Positions 9,601-16,493 of a stretch of DNA of 64,000 bases are shown here, in pieces. The notes under the pieces were generated by a model. That model saw only the letters and a program-made list of their open reading frames with translations. It ran no database searches and was not told the DNA's origin. The first letter of the stretch is position 1, and each line of letters opens with the position of its first letter. This stretch comes from Magnetococcales bacterium (GTDB taxonomy: Bacteria > Pseudomonadota > Magnetococcia > Magnetococcales > Magnetaquicoccaceae): positions 4,457-68,456 of the forward strand of contig JADGAR010000018.1 in the NCBI GenBank assembly GCA_015231915.1, in the 5' to 3' direction. The position numbers and the translations under genes were made by a program.

Positions 9601-12092
9601 GCGTTGACCGTCGGGGGACGGTTGGATTGAAGGATCGTCGAGGTCGTCGTCGAGGTCGCGGTCGCCGGTTTCGAGGAGACGGCCTCCGGCAATCCACCTG
9701 GGGTGGTGGAGGGAATGGAGGTGGTCACGGTCGGAATGGTCGTGGTTGGCGACACCGGCGGTTTGTCGGTTGGTGGCTTGCCCGTATCGGGCACTGTCGA
9801 CTTGTCATCCTTTTTGTTGGTGTCGTCTCCGGTCGGCTTGGTATCCGTCGTCGTCTTGTCGTCCGTTGGCGGCTTCGTCTCGGTGGCGGTTTTTTTCGTC
9901 GTCTCTTGCACTTGCTCCTGCTTGACCTTGCTGGCCGCCTTGTTGGCCTCCTCGACGTTCAGGCCCAGCTTCGTGGCCTCCTGCTTCTGGACCGTCTTGA
10001 CATCCTCCGCCTTCTTTTCGATCGCCTTTTCCAGGGGGGTGCCGGATTTCACCGCCTCGACCAGCAGGGTGGTGAACTGCTTCAACGCCGTTTCGCTGCT
10101 CTTGACCGCCTCCGACTGGTGGTGATCCCCGGCCTTGCTGGTATCGATTTTGGAAAGATCGATGGTCGGTTGTAACTTGATCTTTTCTTTTTCCTGCTGA
10201 ATGGTCTGGAAAATCGCCTGTTTTTCCGTGGGCACGACCGCCTGGATCTGCTTGTTGGTCTCTGCCTGGATGATCTGCTGCTGCTGTTGCGTCTCTGCCT
10301 TGATCGCCTTGAATTGGGCAAGGGCCTCCGGGGGCAGGATATTTCTCATCTGTGTGGCGGCTTCACGCTCCGCGTTGTTTGTCTGCTGCGCCTTCTGGTT
10401 CAGGATCTCTTGCGCTTGTGTGGCCTTGTCCGCAGGCACCGCCGCAGCGATCTGTTCCGCAGTCTTTTTTGTCAGGGCAGCAGCATCTGCCGCCTGTTTC
10501 AGGAGAATCTCCTTGGCCTTTTGGAAATCCTTCTCGTTCGGCAGGGCATCCTGCAACGCCTTGAGCGTCTCCTGGGTGAGTTCGCCCGGTTTTGCATTCT
10601 TTTCCGCCAAAATGGAGGTGATCTTCTCTTTTTTCTCCTGGCCCAGATTATCCTGCAGGCTCTTTTCGGTTTCGTTGGCCAACTGGAGCGTCTTCTTCTC
10701 CTTCTCGGCCTCGATGAGGTGCAGTTTTTCCGCCGTTTCGGGGCCGAGCGTTTTTTCCAGTTTTTCGGCAGCTTCGGTGGCAGCAGTTTCTTTTTTCTGT
10801 TGTTTCTGCTCCTCGATCTCCAGGGCGGCCTCCACCTTCTTTTCGTCGCCCAGGGTCTTCAAAAGCTTCTCTTCGGCTTTCCTTTGTGCCTGTTCCTCTT
10901 TTTTGTCGCGTTCTGCTTCGGCGGCCTTGAGTTTTTTGTAGGCATCCTCGCCAAGCTCCTTCTTGAGCTTCTCTTCCACCTTGTCGAGCTTCTCGTTTTG
11001 ATCGAGCTTCTTGTCCACCGCCTTGGAGAGGTCTTCTTCGAGCTTTTTTTCCGCCTTGTCAAATACTTCCTTCATTGCCTCCGGGTTCTTGGCAAGCATT
11101 TTTTCCGCTGCGGCGACATCCTTGGCCGCCCCCTTGTCCACCAGATCCTGGGCGGCCTGTTTGATCAATTGTTGCTGGGTCTCCGGGGTGAGTTTGCGCA
11201 CTGCGGTTGCGGTATGGGAAGTCTTCAGCTCCTCCCGCGTCGCCTTGCGCACCTCGGTCTTGTCGCCGGGGGTGCCTTGCAGGATTTCGTTCTGCTTGAC
11301 GATTTGCGGGTCCTTGGAGGTGTCCGCCGCGAAGGCCTCGCGGAAGAGGGACCAGCCCGGCGAGAAATAGACCTCACCCAGAGAGGCGCTCTTGCCGCTG
11401 GCCAGGCGTTCTTCCATCCAGACCAGCACCTCCTTTTTCAGGGTGATCACATCGATTTTGCCCCCATTGCCCAGGCGCGCGAACCCCTCGGTGCCGCGCA
11501 CCCCCAGGGTGGCCGAAGGGGTCGTCACCTTGAAGGGCCGGTTCTGAAGCTGTGCCAGGCGACCGGAGGTGAATTTGATCATGCCTTTCGTCATGTCGAG
11601 CGCGCCATTGCCGCTCTGATCTTTCATGGAATACTGGTATTCCTGGACCAGAAATTCGCTTTCCGGGCCAAGGGCGATGACTGCCTTGTCTTTCATTTTC
11701 ATGACGATCCGGCCTTCCGTGCCGGTGACGATCCGGTCGCCCTTGAACAAAGGATCGTTCTCGCTCAAGGTACGCTTGACCTTGTCGGTTTCGGCGAAGA
11801 CCAGTCCCTTGAACTGCACCACCGTGCCCACCTCCTCGCGCTTGGGGCCGGTATCCGCTGCGGCTGCGGCAGCGGCAGGGGTTTGGGCTTCGGCGGTTTT
11901 CTGTTCGCCCTCTGCCTGTTCCTCCCTGGCGGCGCTCTTGGCATCTGGACGGGCGACCTTGGCCCGTTCCAGGACGATGGCTCTGGTCTTGTCCGAGGAG
12001 TCCGGCCCCAGCAGGAAATAACCGCCCGCGAGTGCCACGCATGTCAGCACCAGGATCGCGATCAGCCATTTATTGCGCAGCAGATTGCCCAT
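3648..12092 (-). CDS. Giant membrane-anchored FecR-domain, cadherin/Ig-repeat (VCBS-like) surface protein, 2814 aa
   Basis: N-terminal hydrophobic helix; FecR motifs (GDRIVTG...FKVTTPSATLGVRGT); K/E/Q/A helical region; P/T linker; cadherin motifs (ENSPNGTIVGTLSATDPD, APNYE); many NDAP-initiated Ig-like repeats. Confidence 0.9.
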   Translation of the reverse strand: MGNLLRNKWLIAILVLTCVALAGGYFLLGPDSSDKTRAIVLERAKVARPDAKSAAREEQAEGEQKTAEAQTPAAAAAAADTGPKREEVGTVVQFKGLVFAETDKVKRTLSENDPLFKGDRIVTGTEGRIVMKMKDKAVIALGPESEFLVQEYQYSMKDQSGNGALDMTKGMIKFTSGRLAQLQNRPFKVTTPSATLGVRGTEGFARLGNGGKIDVITLKKEVLVWMEERLASGKSASLGEVYFSPGWSLFREAFAADTSKDPQIVKQNEILQGTPGDKTEVRKATREELKTSHTATAVRKLTPETQQQLIKQAAQDLVDKGAAKDVAAAEKMLAKNPEAMKEVFDKAEKKLEEDLSKAVDKKLDQNEKLDKVEEKLKKELGEDAYKKLKAAEAERDKKEEQAQRKAEEKLLKTLGDEKKVEAALEIEEQKQQKKETAATEAAEKLEKTLGPETAEKLHLIEAEKEKKTLQLANETEKSLQDNLGQEKKEKITSILAEKNAKPGELTQETLKALQDALPNEKDFQKAKEILLKQAADAAALTKKTAEQIAAAVPADKATQAQEILNQKAQQTNNAEREAATQMRNILPPEALAQFKAIKAETQQQQQIIQAETNKQIQAVVPTEKQAIFQTIQQEKEKIKLQPTIDLSKIDTSKAGDHHQSEAVKSSETALKQFTTLLVEAVKSGTPLEKAIEKKAEDVKTVQKQEATKLGLNVEEANKAASKVKQEQVQETTKKTATETKPPTDDKTTTDTKPTGDDTNKKDDKSTVPDTGKPPTDKPPVSPTTTIPTVTTSIPSTTPGGLPEAVSSKPATATSTTTSTILQSNRPPTVNAQTFTLKENSPNGTIVGTLSATDPDPADKGALSFSLSGTGSTAFAIDAASGTITVSDVAQMNYEVNKSFALSVTVKDPKGTTGTATVTINLTDVNEPPTATNLAANEAFAEDAAAFKLVPIVVSDPDAGGTLTATLTLSDASAGTLSADSSPAGISSSFSAGTWRASGSLDDINFLLAAVKFTPAANYDKNFTITTSVNDGATTLSGSKPVTVTPVNDAPTATNLSAAEAFTEDAKAFKLKAIEVNDNDANAVLTVTLSLSDPLAGTLAVASAGNTTSSFADGVWSASGPQADINALLAALTFTPAKDYDLSFSIATSVSDGIAPALTGTKIVTVTPVNDAPVAVNDTGSATEAGGSNNATAGSAASGNVLTNDTDVEGDTLTVTAIRLGSTEGSGSAGTLASPLIGTYGSLTMQEDGSYSYTVDDTNPTVQALNSAQSITDTFNYTVTDGALTDIGLLTITINGANDTPVASDDTGSATEASGTANGTAGSNATGNLLTNDTDPDDGTTLQVSAIRTGGVEGSGTAGTVGAALTGTYGALTVAAGGTYTYVIDESNATVQALAPGQTLSESFNYTVTDGTLTDMAVLAVTINGANDAPVAVNDTGSATEAGGVNNATPGTNATGNVLDNDTDVDTSHASLTVSAFRLGASEGLGTAATPGATLVGTYGSLTMATDGSYTYVIDNTNATVNALAVGQSITESFNYTASDGSLSDIGVLTITINGANENPVAANDTGTATEAGGTLNGTAGTQATGNVLTSSDTDADTGTTLTVAAIRTGNTEGSGTAGTVGAALTGTYGSLTIASTGAYTYTVDESNVTVQALQSGQSLTEYYNYTASDGSLTDTALLTITINGTNDAPVAVNDTASATEKGGTNNGTAGANATGNVLTNDTDVESNALSVTSLRTGNVEGSGTAATASGADYVSTGTYGTLTLTPATGVFTYVVDDTNAVVQALKSGQSTTDSFNYTVSDGALTDIGVLTVTINGANDAPTITSATTASFAENGTGTAYAATATDPESDAITWSFAGTGADESKFDITAGGVVTFKTAPNYEVPTDANTDNVYEVTMVATDNGSGSLTASQAVSISVTNVNDAPVITAPSAASLTALATEDTALAVSFSVADEDDSGGTMQASLSVTNGTMTLGGGSGVSITSGANGSASMVFTGTKTQLNTALTGMSYQGSANYNGSETITLSISDQGNTGAGGAQSATATVTFTIAAVNDTPTITTPTTPSVSEDVAATIVGWSVADVDMTVPTNTIASNPIQVTLSATKGKLTLSTTTGLSFSSGANNSSSMVFTGTVTDVNTALTGLSYLSNSNANGAETVTLTVSDQGSIGSGGALSANSTLNFTIVAVNDAPTVTVPTGLSATEDTSMTITGVSVADVDAGTNPVEITLTATIGKVTLASTTGLTFTSGANNASSMVFTGTLTNVNTALATLTYLGNQDANGAETVTVTINDQGYVGDESPVVPKNATGTMTFTVAAVNDAPVISGTAAPTAAVTEDTAATITGWSVADVDAAAGTMQATLTALHGKVTVTNGSVSLTTANNLSTVIFTGTLANLSAAIGSFTYQGDQDYNGSETVSVTVSDMGFTGSGGAKTASTSITFSVAAVSDAPTDLTLSGTSFYEDADPGSVIATITPTDPDINNPSDTFTYAITTDASSLFAVRSNASGAYLTVRTGATPVAGSYSVTIQVTDSGSNTFSKSFTITVVARPFSLDSAADVPNAATIKSNAETLFKSILSTMNANPSSKVLTNSDIVTLILGKLGQQFTTGGAFTNAVNEVVKRLTVEILPADDPTVIRIMARIGLIEGMYNRLPASVAAVFDSVFNTFAPFATDYTTDVRIRLKPSVDNTAKTIGIDVANSTVEVLHLEMLPNISMNLSTLLSSYNGALTLLKTDGSLAFFTGGGGMGPTPHVLGSTLGLTPSNALDRHNALKATAQANGVTDQFSANSKTIPTSIRFDYYLPGMINSIAFSTGTVTLTR
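6640..8590 (-). repeat. Five tandem ~130-aa (~390-bp) VCBS/Ig-like repeats within the giant CDS
   Basis: Units begin ND(A/T)PVA or NENPVA at about 8590, 8204, 7817, 7427 and 7037 and share GNVLxNDTD...GTYGxLT...Y(T/S)Y...FNYTxxDGxLTDxxxLTxTINGAN. Confidence 0.9.
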
Positions 12093-12182
12093 GGGTGAGA
12101 ATCCCTAGTTCAAAAGATGGACGTGGCGCTCCCCCTTGTCGGAGCGTTCCAGATTGTCAGTATACGCGCTTTTTGCAAAAGT

Positions 12183-12197
12183 CCTATTGATAATAGG
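12183..12197. promoter_or_regulatory. Inverted repeat, candidate operator upstream of the giant gene
   Basis: CCTATT-gat-AATAGG; a minus-strand TATACT -10-like hexamer lies at 12159-12164. Confidence 0.4.
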
Positions 12198-12220
12198 TAA
12201 AAAACCGTAACATCACCACC

Positions 12221-12250
12221 AAAAAAAATGCCGTCCGGCAACGGACGGCA
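12221..12250 (-). terminator. Rho-independent terminator after the secretin gene
   Basis: Minus strand TGCCGTCC-gttgcc-GGACGGCA-T8. Confidence 0.85.
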
Positions 12251-12275
12251 AGGAATTGCGGGATTCGACGCGGAT

Positions 12276-14915
12276 TCAATCCGTGACAAGCCGTGCCTGC
12301 AGTTCGGTGGCATCGTTCAGGCGGGCCAGGGCATCGGTGGCTTCCCTCTGCCCGGGGAAGGGTCCGGAGCGCAGGCGGGTGACCGTCTGCCCGCCTTGCA
12401 TGGTCTGCTCCGGCAGGATCGGCAGGCCGATGGCGGCCACCTGTTTGCGGATCTCTTCCACGAAGGCAGTGTCACGATAGGAGCCAAGGTCGAGATAGAA
12501 TCTCTGTGGCGGGCGCATGGCCGCTTCCGGTCCTGGCGGCGGGGCAGGGGCATGCGCCGGCGGTTCGGGCGTTGGCGGAGGGATGCGGGTCTGGCGGGAG
12601 ATATTGGCCAAACCCTCCGCACTGGTGAAATCGAGATAGGAGCCGACCGACATCGCATTGACACCTGCAGGAGGCGGAGCCGCCGGTGCGGAGGCAGCGG
12701 GTTGCGGTGCCACGGGAGCCGGAACCGGGGTTTGCGCCGCAGAGGGCGAAGCCGGGGCTGCGGGTGGGGCGGACGTGAGCGGAGTCGGGGCCAAAGCCGA
12801 AGCCGGGGCCGAAGTCGGAGTTGGCGTGGGGGCCGCAGCCGGATTGGCGCCGGGGGTGGCAGCGGCCACCGGAGCGGGTTTGGCGGGTGCAGGGGTTTTC
12901 TTCTCCCCGTCCGTGGAGACGGTTTTGCCCTTGCCGGTCTTGTCCGCAGGCTTGGCCCCGCCGGTCACCTTGTCGGAGGGGGCGGCAGGGCTGGCTGCCA
13001 CCGGCGGCTTCGGCGTGGCCGGGGCGCTCTGCGCCGATTCCTTGGTGGGTTCCACGGGACGGTTCACCCTTTCCGTGCGCGGTTTGCCATGGGTCATCAC
13101 CACCGGACGCAGGAAGATCACCAGTTCGCTCTTTCTCACCTGTTGATCCTTGCTGCCGAACATGGATCCCAGGGGACCGGGCAGTTTGGAGAGAACCGGC
13201 AGGCCGTTGGTATCTTTCTCCACGGTATCCTGCATCAGACCACCCATGACGGCCACCTGACCGCTGTGGACCCGCATGAGGGTCTCCATCTCCTTGATTT
13301 CAATCTCAGGAATGAGGTTTTGAATGTCTGCCTGCAACCCTGTCTGCAGATTTCCACCTTTCAGGGCCGGGTTCGGGTCGGACTGATAGCTGGTGATGCG
13401 GGTGATGGTGGGACGCACGTTCATGCTGACGATCCCCTCGCTGGAAATCTGCGGGGTGACCGTGATGATCAACCCTTCCGGGACCGTGTGAATCTCGGTG
13501 TCGAAGACCGGCTGCGTGGCTGCCGTGGGGGGCGTCGTGGCGTTTTCCGGGGCGGTGGTGCTCGATTTCAGGGTGAAGAAGACCCGGTTCTTGACCACTT
13601 TCAGCACGGCTGGCTGATTGTTCAGGGCCATGATCTTGGGGCTGGAGAGGACCTTGGTGTTGCCGAAGGTCTCCAGCATCTTGACCGTGGCGAAGACCGG
13701 ACCCTTGGCCTTGTTGTCCGCGCTGAAACTCGCGGGGAGATCGGCGCCGCTGCCCAGGGCGAAGCTCAGCAGTCCGCCGGTCGCCGGGAGTTGGTTGACG
13801 GCATTGTTCACCGCTCCCTTGATGCGATTATTGAAAATCATCTCCCAGTTCACCCCTTCCTGGAAGCGATCCGACAGTTCCACTTCCACCACGGTGGATT
13901 CGATCAGCACCTGGCGATGGACATTTTCCAGGACGCTGTCCAGGTAATCCTGAATCCGTTCGTGCTGGGCAGCGGTGGCGATGATGCTGATGACGCCCGC
14001 TTCGACATTGACCGAAACCAGGCCCGGTCGGTTGCCTTGTTGGGTTTTCCCCTCCATGGTCTTGCCGCCAGAGGGAGCGCCCATTCCGGACGGGGCGCCG
14101 GCGGGGATCATGAGGGCATCCAATCCGCCGACCCCGCCGCCGGTGCCGACCGCGCCGACACCAGGAGTGGCGACATCCTGCAGGAGCGGAACATCACTCC
14201 CGGTGTCCGCGCCGAGAATGGCCTGGACATTCTGGATGAGGCTCTTCCAGAACTTGCTGTCGGAGGTGGTGGTCAGGACGGTGTTGGTTTGATTGGCATC
14301 CGGCTGGGCCGAGCTGACGAAGCTGGTCTTGTTGGCCTTCTGGGTGCTGAGGTTGGTGGAGATCTTGTTGGTGCTGACCATGTTCCGCTCGATGCCGAGA
14401 TAGTCCACCTGATAGATCTTCAGGAACGGCAGATCGGGGGTGACCACGATGGTCTTGTCCTGGATCTCGTAGCGGATGCCGACCTGTTTGGCCACGCGGT
14501 CGAGGATTTTGGTCAAAGGCTGATCGATGGCGCTCAGGGTCACCCGTCCCTGGATGCCGGGGTAAACGTCAATATTTTTGTTCGCGTCCCGTGCGAGGGC
14601 GAACAGCAGGTCCCGAACCGGCATTTCCGTGACGGTAATGGTATAAACTTCCTCATGGGGAGGGGCGGTTCCTTCCGCGCTCGGGGTGGCGATAACGCCT
14701 CCCTCCTTGGTCGGCGCTGGGGTCGCGGCGATCTCCAGGGGCGGATTGGTGGGTTGCAGGAAGTGCTCCCTGGACTGCTTGATCCTGCTTTGTTCGCAGG
14801 ACGCCAAAAACAGACATGCAAGCAGCATCAAGCCTGCGTGTCGCAAGGTGGCGGTGCGTGACAAGGCGCGCTGGTACGCGATTTTTACGGTTGGCATGAG
14901 TTCTTGATGTTTCAT
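12276..14915 (-). CDS. mshL: MSHA-type (MshL-like) lipoprotein secretin with C-terminal Pro/Ala linker and SPOR domain
   Basis: Lipobox LASC (Cys codon 14796-14798); STN-like YTITVTEMPVRDLLFALARD; secretin core QVLIESTVVEV...VLSSPKIMALNNQPA...GGLMQD...ELVIFLRP; terminal FYLDLGSY...RLRSGPF. Start uncertain (14945/14915/14897). Confidence 0.85.
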   Translation of the reverse strand: MKHQELMPTVKIAYQRALSRTATLRHAGLMLLACLFLASCEQSRIKQSREHFLQPTNPPLEIAATPAPTKEGGVIATPSAEGTAPPHEEVYTITVTEMPVRDLLFALARDANKNIDVYPGIQGRVTLSAIDQPLTKILDRVAKQVGIRYEIQDKTIVVTPDLPFLKIYQVDYLGIERNMVSTNKISTNLSTQKANKTSFVSSAQPDANQTNTVLTTTSDSKFWKSLIQNVQAILGADTGSDVPLLQDVATPGVGAVGTGGGVGGLDALMIPAGAPSGMGAPSGGKTMEGKTQQGNRPGLVSVNVEAGVISIIATAAQHERIQDYLDSVLENVHRQVLIESTVVEVELSDRFQEGVNWEMIFNNRIKGAVNNAVNQLPATGGLLSFALGSGADLPASFSADNKAKGPVFATVKMLETFGNTKVLSSPKIMALNNQPAVLKVVKNRVFFTLKSSTTAPENATTPPTAATQPVFDTEIHTVPEGLIITVTPQISSEGIVSMNVRPTITRITSYQSDPNPALKGGNLQTGLQADIQNLIPEIEIKEMETLMRVHSGQVAVMGGLMQDTVEKDTNGLPVLSKLPGPLGSMFGSKDQQVRKSELVIFLRPVVMTHGKPRTERVNRPVEPTKESAQSAPATPKPPVAASPAAPSDKVTGGAKPADKTGKGKTVSTDGEKKTPAPAKPAPVAAATPGANPAAAPTPTPTSAPASALAPTPLTSAPPAAPASPSAAQTPVPAPVAPQPAASAPAAPPPAGVNAMSVGSYLDFTSAEGLANISRQTRIPPPTPEPPAHAPAPPPGPEAAMRPPQRFYLDLGSYRDTAFVEEIRKQVAAIGLPILPEQTMQGGQTVTRLRSGPFPGQREATDALARLNDATELQARLVTD

Positions 14916-14976
14916 GGATGCCGCTCTTTTCCAGAAAGGATACAATGGAGTGCCTGTGCAAGGTCAAGCAGAGGTA

Positions 14977-14993
14977 AGCAAATAGCAAGCCAA
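14977..14993 (-). promoter_or_regulatory. Sigma54 (-24/-12) promoter candidate for the secretin
   Basis: Minus strand TTGGCTTGCTATTTGCT, GG-N10-GC spacing with TTGCT at -12. Confidence 0.55.
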
Positions 14994-15016
14994 CCAGGGG
15001 AGGGCGCAGGTCGGGT

Positions 15017-15703
15017 TCAGTGCCAGAGGCCGGCGGGAATGGGCAGGCGCAGGGCTTCCTGCAGGCGGGTCAAAAAGAGGGCGCGCGGGATTTCGTATGC
15101 GCCGAAGCGCAGCAGATGATCGGTTTTCATCTGGCAATCGATCAGGGTGAAGCCGCGAGCCTGGAGTTGCCGGGCCAGGTGGACCAGGGCGATCTTGGAG
15201 GCCTCCGGGCGGACGTGGAACATGGACTCGCCGAAGAAGATGCCCCCCAAAGCCAGGCCATACAGACCGCCCACCAGGATGGGTTGTGCGTTTTCCCCCA
15301 TGCCCCAGGCTTCCACCGAATGGGCCAGGCCCAGTCGGTGGAGCTGGATGAAGGCCTTTTCCAGATCGTGGGTGATCCAGGTTCCATTTTTTTGGCGCAG
15401 TTGCCCGCAGGCGCGGATGACTTGAGGAAATGCCCGGTCGCAGGTGATCGAAAACGGGGTTTTGCGCATGGTTTTCGCCAGGCTTTTCGGGATGTGCAGG
15501 CCGTGGGGATCAAGGACCAGGCGCGGATCCGGACTCCACCAGAGTATGGGTTCCCCTCTGGAGTACCAGGGAAAGATGCCCTCCGAATAGGCGGTGAGAA
15601 GGCGGCGCAGGGAGAGATCACCGCCAACCGCCAGGATTCCCTCCGGCTCGGCCAGGGCGACAGGGGGGAACACGGGTTCGGCGGTGAGTTGGAAAATGGG
15701 CAT
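15017..15703 (-). CDS. aat: Leucyl/phenylalanyl-tRNA-protein transferase
   Basis: GGDLS..RLL.AY..GIFPWY...PILWWSPDPR; AHSVEAW; GGLYG...GESMF; IDCQ..T.HL. Confidence 0.95.
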   Translation of the reverse strand: MPIFQLTAEPVFPPVALAEPEGILAVGGDLSLRRLLTAYSEGIFPWYSRGEPILWWSPDPRLVLDPHGLHIPKSLAKTMRKTPFSITCDRAFPQVIRACGQLRQKNGTWITHDLEKAFIQLHRLGLAHSVEAWGMGENAQPILVGGLYGLALGGIFFGESMFHVRPEASKIALVHLARQLQARGFTLIDCQMKTDHLLRFGAYEIPRALFLTRLQEALRLPIPAGLWH

Positions 15704-15736
15704 GACAGTACGGCTTGCCAGGGAGTTCAAAAAAAA

Positions 15737-16468
15737 TTACATGGTCATGCCTTCCAGAAACGTCTTCCTCTGCAAGGCGATCAACTCCCCGATTCCCTTG
15801 GTGGCCAGCGCAGCCATGCCATTGAAATCATTCAAGGTGAAAGGCACACTCTCCGCCGTGCCCTGAATTTCGATGAATTTGCCATTGCCTGTCATGACAA
15901 AATTCATATCTGTTTCACAGTCGAAGTCTTCCTTGTAATTCAGATCCAGCATGGGGACCCCCTTGACCATGCCGCAACTGACCGCTGCCACGAAATCCAT
16001 GATCGGCAGCGACTTGATCAACCCCTGACGCTCCAACCAGCGGCAGGCATCCATGAAGGCGATGAACCCCCCCGTGATCGAGGCCGTGCGCGTCCCGCCA
16101 TCCGCCTGGATCACGTCACAGTCGATCCAGACCGTGCGTTTGCCCAATTTGGTCAGGTCGGTCACCGCCCGCAGGGAACGCCCGATGAGCCGTTGAATCT
16201 CCAACGTGCGGCCACCCTGCTTGCCCTGGCTTGCCTCGCGGGTGGTCCGATCGTGGGTGGAACGGGGCAGCATCCCGTATTCCGCCGTCACCCAACCCCG
16301 GTTCTGGTTCTTCATCCAGCGGGGTTGCTGCTCCTCCACCGATGCCGTGCAGATCACCCGAGTCTGACCGAAGGTGATCAGACACGACCCCTCGGCCCGC
16401 TGGTTGAAGGGCCGGGTGATGGTCACCGCCCGCATCTCGTCGTTCTGCCGCCCGTCGTTGCGGCTCAT
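15737..16468 (-). CDS. rph: Ribonuclease PH
   Basis: [13 protein letters not shown]...[15 protein letters not shown]; [18 protein letters not shown]; start at MSRNDGR. Confidence 0.97.
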   Translation of the reverse strand: MSRNDGRQNDEMRAVTITRPFNQRAEGSCLITFGQTRVICTASVEEQQPRWMKNQNRGWVTAEYGMLPRSTHDRTTREASQGKQGGRTLEIQRLIGRSLRAVTDLTKLGKRTVWIDCDVIQADGGTRTASITGGFIAFMDACRWLERQGLIKSLPIMDFVAAVSCGMVKGVPMLDLNYKEDFDCETDMNFVMTGNGKFIEIQGTAESVPFTLNDFNGMAALATKGIGELIALQRKTFLEGMTM

Positions 16469-16493
16469 GTGCGTTTGTCCGGGGTCCGCAGCA

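Noticed and set aside
3648-9630. Repeats as a CRISPR array or mobile element
   Set aside because: They are in-frame ~390-bp protein-domain repeats diverged at synonymous sites, with no repeat-spacer structure
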